Source: a virus
Lineage: Duplodnaviria; Caudoviricetes
Strand: one strand, 5' to 3'
IMG/VR virus record: IMGVR_UViG_3300030376_003719
Span: 1-34,059 of that record
DNA: 34,059 nucleotides
Shown: positions 33,019 through 34,059 of the stretch, in pieces
Numbering within the stretch: position 1 is the stretch's first letter
How the letters are laid out: each line of letters begins with the position of its first letter
The notes under the pieces: generated by a model
What the model saw: the letters and a program-made list of their open reading frames with translations, nothing else
What the model was told of the DNA's origin: nothing
Databases searched by the model: none
Made by a program: the position numbers and the translations under genes

Positions 33019-34059
33019 ATGACTAAGAGCATCAATGAGGTCGGCAAGGAATTGCAGGCTATTCTCGATGAGGTCGGTATCTCAGGTTTTCCCCGCGCAA
33101 AGGCTCTGTATCTGAAGGATATGGAAGTTCTTGATGAAGACGGCAACCCGGTTGACCCCGAAGAGCTTGAGATCGAGATTGCACGCAAGGAAACGATGGA
33201 ATACAAGGCCGAAGAGGAAGAAGAAGAAGAAGAAGAGAAGGCTGTCGAGTCCGAGGAAGAGGACGAGGAAGCTGAAGACAAAGACATGGAAGAAGAACGC
33301 GAACGTCAGCGTGCTTCTGGCACTCGCAAGCCTACCGCTCGACGCAACCCGCGTCTTGGTGGCAAGGTTGACATTGGCCGTGGTGGTGGTGGCAAGAGCC
33401 TCGACCAGGTTGCAGCCAAGGCAGTGAGCAACGCGCTCGGAAAAAACAAGGTCCGTCTGAAGGGACACGACATGAGAATTGACAACGACAGCGCGGGCAT
33501 GAAGCGATGGGGTTCGCTCAAGCACATCAGCCGCATCAAGACCGCAGACCCCGAACTTGAAGCCTACAAGTTTGGCCGCTGGGCCGCTGCTTGCATGGGT
33601 CACAAGAAGAGTGTTGACTGGTGCGCTAACCGTGGCATTGTCACCAAGGCTCACGTTGAAAACGTCAACTCTGCTGGTGGCTTCCTGGTCCCCGACGAGT
33701 TCAGCGACACGCTCATCAGTCTCCGCGAGGAGTACGGCGTGTTCCGGCGCAACGCGCAGCTTGAGCCGATGGCTTCTGACACCAAGCGCATTCCGAAGCG
33801 TTCCGCAACGCTGACGGCCAACTTCGTTGGTGAGGCCACTGCGGGTACTGAGTCCACTCAGACTTTCCAGCAGGTCAACCTCATTGCCAAGAAGCTCATG
33901 GTTCTGACCACGATCAGCAACGAGCTGAACGAAGATTCCTTGGTGAATCTTGGAGATTCCGTGGCTGGAGAAATTGCCTATAGCTTCGCCAGACGCGAAG
34001 ACGAATGCGGCTTCATTGGTGACGGAACGTCAACCTATGGCGGCATCGTCGGTGCAATC
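33019..34059 (+). CDS. Major capsid protein, HK97 fold (3' truncated; not in ORF track)
   Basis: Manually translated open frame from ATG 33019: ...IVTKAHVENVNSAGGFLVPDEF...FVGE...KKL..LTTISNELNEDS...GDGT. Confidence 0.93.
   Translation, partial: MTKSINEVGKELQAILDEVGISGFPRAKALYLKDMEVLDEDGNPVDPEELEIEIARKETMEYKAEEEEEEEEEKAVESEEEDEEAEDKDMEEERERQRASGTRKPTARRNPRLGGKVDIGRGGGGKSLDQVAAKAVSNALGKNKVRLKGHDMRIDNDSAGMKRWGSLKHISRIKTADPELEAYKFGRWAAACMGHKKSVDWCANRGIVTKAHVENVNSAGGFLVPDEFSDTLISLREEYGVFRRNAQLEPMASDTKRIPKRSATLTANFVGEATAGTESTQTFQQVNLIAKKLMVLTTISNELNEDSLVNLGDSVAGEIAYSFARREDECGFIGDGTSTYGGIVGAI

Larger units (their letters stand above)
1..34059 (+). mobile_element. Tailed dsDNA bacteriophage (HK97-type head, non-contractile tail gene order), near-complete permuted genome
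   Basis: TerL-portal-MuF-protease-capsid at the right end continues logically into decoration-connector-closure-tail genes at the left end; no host genes; no integrase recognised. Confidence 0.95.

Overview
A nearly complete (~35 kb), circularly permuted genome of a tailed dsDNA phage with an HK97-type head and siphovirus-like tail. Every credible gene is on the + strand. Order: end of a capsid-decoration gene; neck and tail genes with a GGGAAAA -1 frameshift chaperone and a short tape measure; Cys-rich tail-tip genes (1-10.6 kb); a ~1 kb non-coding control region (10.6-11.67 kb); early small-gene cassettes sharing a repeated RBS; a C5 DNA methyltransferase split over two overlapping frames; recombination/replication genes; small membrane (lysis?) genes; a metallophosphoesterase; a sigma-like factor; terminase; an oversized modular portal; tandem zincin peptidases; a dockerin/EF-hand protein; MuF; prohead protease; and a truncated major capsid protein. 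Dockerin-like repeats suggest a Planctomycetota (Phycisphaerae-like) host, which is inference. Two candidate undescribed systems stand out. (1) A ~630-nt promoter-proximal RNA made of four tandem domains, each closed by a 12-24 bp stem. (2) A head-cargo system in which effector-like domains are strung on the portal and downstream proteins, separated by Lys-Ala sites like the predicted capsid maturation site and preceded by a repeated CGxGxGGFxxGNxCA tag. All calls come from reading motifs by eye; no database search or folding program was run.
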